A stretch of 64,000 bases of DNA from Chiloscyllium plagiosum (taxonomy: Eukaryota). Under the pieces are notes generated by a model. That model did not search any database. It was not told the origin of the DNA and saw only the letters and a program-made list of their open reading frames with translations. The position numbers and the translations under genes are program-made. Below, piece after piece: positions 61,793-64,000 of this stretch. The stretch covers positions 5,129,464 through 5,193,463 of the forward strand of contig NC_057757.1 of the NCBI RefSeq assembly GCF_004010195.1, read 5' to 3'. The stretch's first letter is position 1, and every line of letters starts with the position of its first letter.

Positions 61793-63344
61793 ATGGGTTT
61801 CCTCCCATAGTCCAAAGACGCACAAGTGGATTGGCCATGCTAAAGTGCCCAGAGTATCCAGGGCTGTGCAGGTTGGGTGTATTAGCCATTAGAAATGCAG
61901 GGATACAGGGATGAGGTAGGATGCTCTTCGGAGGTTCAGTGCAGATTCAGTGGGCTGAATGGCCTGCTTCCACAATCTCGAGATTCTATGATCTGAGTTC
62001 AGTGGGCAATATTGAAGGCAAATTGACTACTGGCCTTTTTTTTTCAAAAGAGAAATGGAATATGAAAATGGGCAAGTCATACCAAAATGATATAAGGCAC
62101 TAATCAGATCAATGCTGAAATGCTGCTACTAAACAGTTTTGGTCCCCTTATCTAAGGAAAAATATACTGGCATTGGAGGCAATCCAGACAAGGTTCAGTG
62201 GGTTGATGTCAGTATGGAGGAATTTTCTTTTGAGGAGATGTTAAGCAGAATGGACCTGTATTCAGGAGATAGAACTGCAGATGCTGGAGATTCAGAGTGG
62301 ATAAAGAGTGGAACTGGCAAAAGCACAGCAGGTTAAGCAACATCTAAGGAGCGGGGGAATCGAAGGAACCTTTCGTCAGGAGTTGCACTCATTGGAGTTT
62401 ACAAGAATGAGGGGTGACCTTACTGAAACATTTAAGATTCTTATGGGACTTGACGGGCTAGATGTGAAGAGGTTGTTTCCCCTTGTGGGAGAGTCTAGGA
62501 CCAGACGTAACCTCACTATGAGGGTTTGTACTTTAAGTCAGAGGAGGAATTTCTCCTCTTTGAGGGCAGTCAATCTGTGAAATTCTTTCTGACAAGGCAA
62601 GGTCATCAAGGCTGCGATAGACAGATTTTTTAATGAAGAAGGGGATTAAAGGTCATGGGGAAAAGGCAGGAAAGCAGAGTTGAGGATGATCATATTCGGA
62701 GAGCATACTTGATCGGTTGAATGGCTTACTTCTGTTCCTGTGTCTTATGGCCTTATCTGCTGAGGAGACCTAGTGAATGTCTCTGCAGTTCATCCACAAT
62801 TTTGTTTCCAAGTGACGAATTATGATCCTGTCAGAAGCAGGAAGGTCATTTCCAGCAATATCTCCAACCAGTATTAACAAACCAACTCAATTCCTAGGTG
62901 ACATTGCAATTACAGAATAAACAAGGCTCTGAGTCAAGGCTGCACCAAGCAGTTGGTGCTGGTATTGAACCAAGACTAACTGATCCTCAGCTGACGCTCT
63001 GCACGCACAGGGGATCTTGCAGCAAATGTGTTCCCTGGTAGCTGCTGCCTTGTCCTTCTAGCGGGGTGTAGAGGTCACACTGCATTTTGTAGATAATACA
63101 CATTGCTGCTGTGTGCATTAGTGGTGGAAGGAGTGAACATGTGAATGTTTAAGGTGGTGGATGGGGTGCAAATCAAGCAGGCCACTTATCCAATGTGGTG
63201 TCAAGCTTCTTGAATGTCGTTGGAGCTGCATTCATCCAGGTCAGTGGGGAGTATCCCATCACACTTCTGACTTGTGCCTTACAGACAGTGCATGGGCTTT
63301 GGGAAGCCAGGAGGTGAGTCACTCTTTAAAATTTGCAACACTGG

Positions 63345-63770
63345 CAGACAAGGTGGTTAAGAAGGAGTTTAGCACGCTTGCCTTCGTTGCTCAGACCTTT
63401 GAGTACAGGATTTGGGACGTCATGTTGAGTTTGTACAGGACATTGGTGAGGCCTCTTCTGGAGCACTGTGTCCAGTTCCGGTCGCCCTGTTATAGGAAGG
63501 ATATCATTAAATTGGAGAGGGTTTGGAAAAGATTTACCAGGATGTTGCCAGGAATGGAGGGTTTGAGTTATTAAAAATAGGGTGGGACATTTTTCACTGG
63601 AGCGCAAGAGGCTGAGGGATGCGCTGATAGAGGTTTATACAATCATTAGGAGCATAGAAAAGGTGAACAGCAAGGAACTCTCATTTTGGTTGGGTGTAGC
63701 TCTAAACTAGGAGGCATATTTTTAAAGTGAAATAAGAAAGATTTAAAAAGGACTTTTTACACAGAGAATT
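63345..63770 (+). mobile_element. CR1 3' fragment
   Basis: LYRTLVRPLLEHCVQF.SP.YRKDIIKLERV. Confidence 0.85.
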
Positions 63771-63794
63771 CACACAGTTACTGCGTAGAATGAC

Positions 63795-64000
63795 ATGCAC
63801 ATAAGGACCTTCTTATGCACCCTAGAAAACACTCCAGCTGGGTGCATATCGACCTGGTACGGCAATGCTCTGCCCAGGATCGTAAGAAACAACAGAAAGT
63901 GGTGTGCACAGCCCAGACCATTACAGGAGCCAACCTCCCATCCATGGACTTCATTTACACTTCTTGTTGCTGTGGAAAGGCTGCCAGCATTATCAAAGAC
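63795..64000 (+). mobile_element. Rex/Babar-like LINE RT C-terminal remnant
   Basis: Frameshifted WYGN..AQDRKK.QKVVCTAQTITGANLPSMD. Confidence 0.6.

Overview
Eukaryotic genomic DNA, almost certainly from a cartilaginous fish (shark). This is inferred from the dense HE1-like tRNA SINEs, CR1 LINE fragments and Penelope-like repeats. The only supportable host gene is a minus-strand, multi-exon CLC chloride channel of the kidney ClC-K type (clcnk). I reconstructed 16 coding exons by eye from 51477 down to 168. All have GT-AG boundaries with consistent phases, giving 2187 nt = 729 codons, and the gene continues past the left edge (CBS2 and stop are outside the window). Diagnostic motifs are GSGIPE, GKVGP (gating Glu replaced by Val) and PAGYF. 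Unusual points are a Phe at the central pore Tyr, an N-terminus about 96 aa longer than human ClC-K, and a ClC-1/ClC-2-like linker after CBS1. The introns and upstream region are a nested mosaic of SINEs, CR1, Rex-like and L1-like LINE remnants, probable solo LTRs, a Tc1/mariner-type MITE and minisatellites. They also hold many short Penelope-derived elements that carry minimal hammerhead-ribozyme motifs, are often folded back into palindromes, and are flanked by 12-15 bp target-site duplications. One of these has captured a local genomic fragment. No database searches were possible, so family names for repeats and comparisons with human CLC sequences come from recall.
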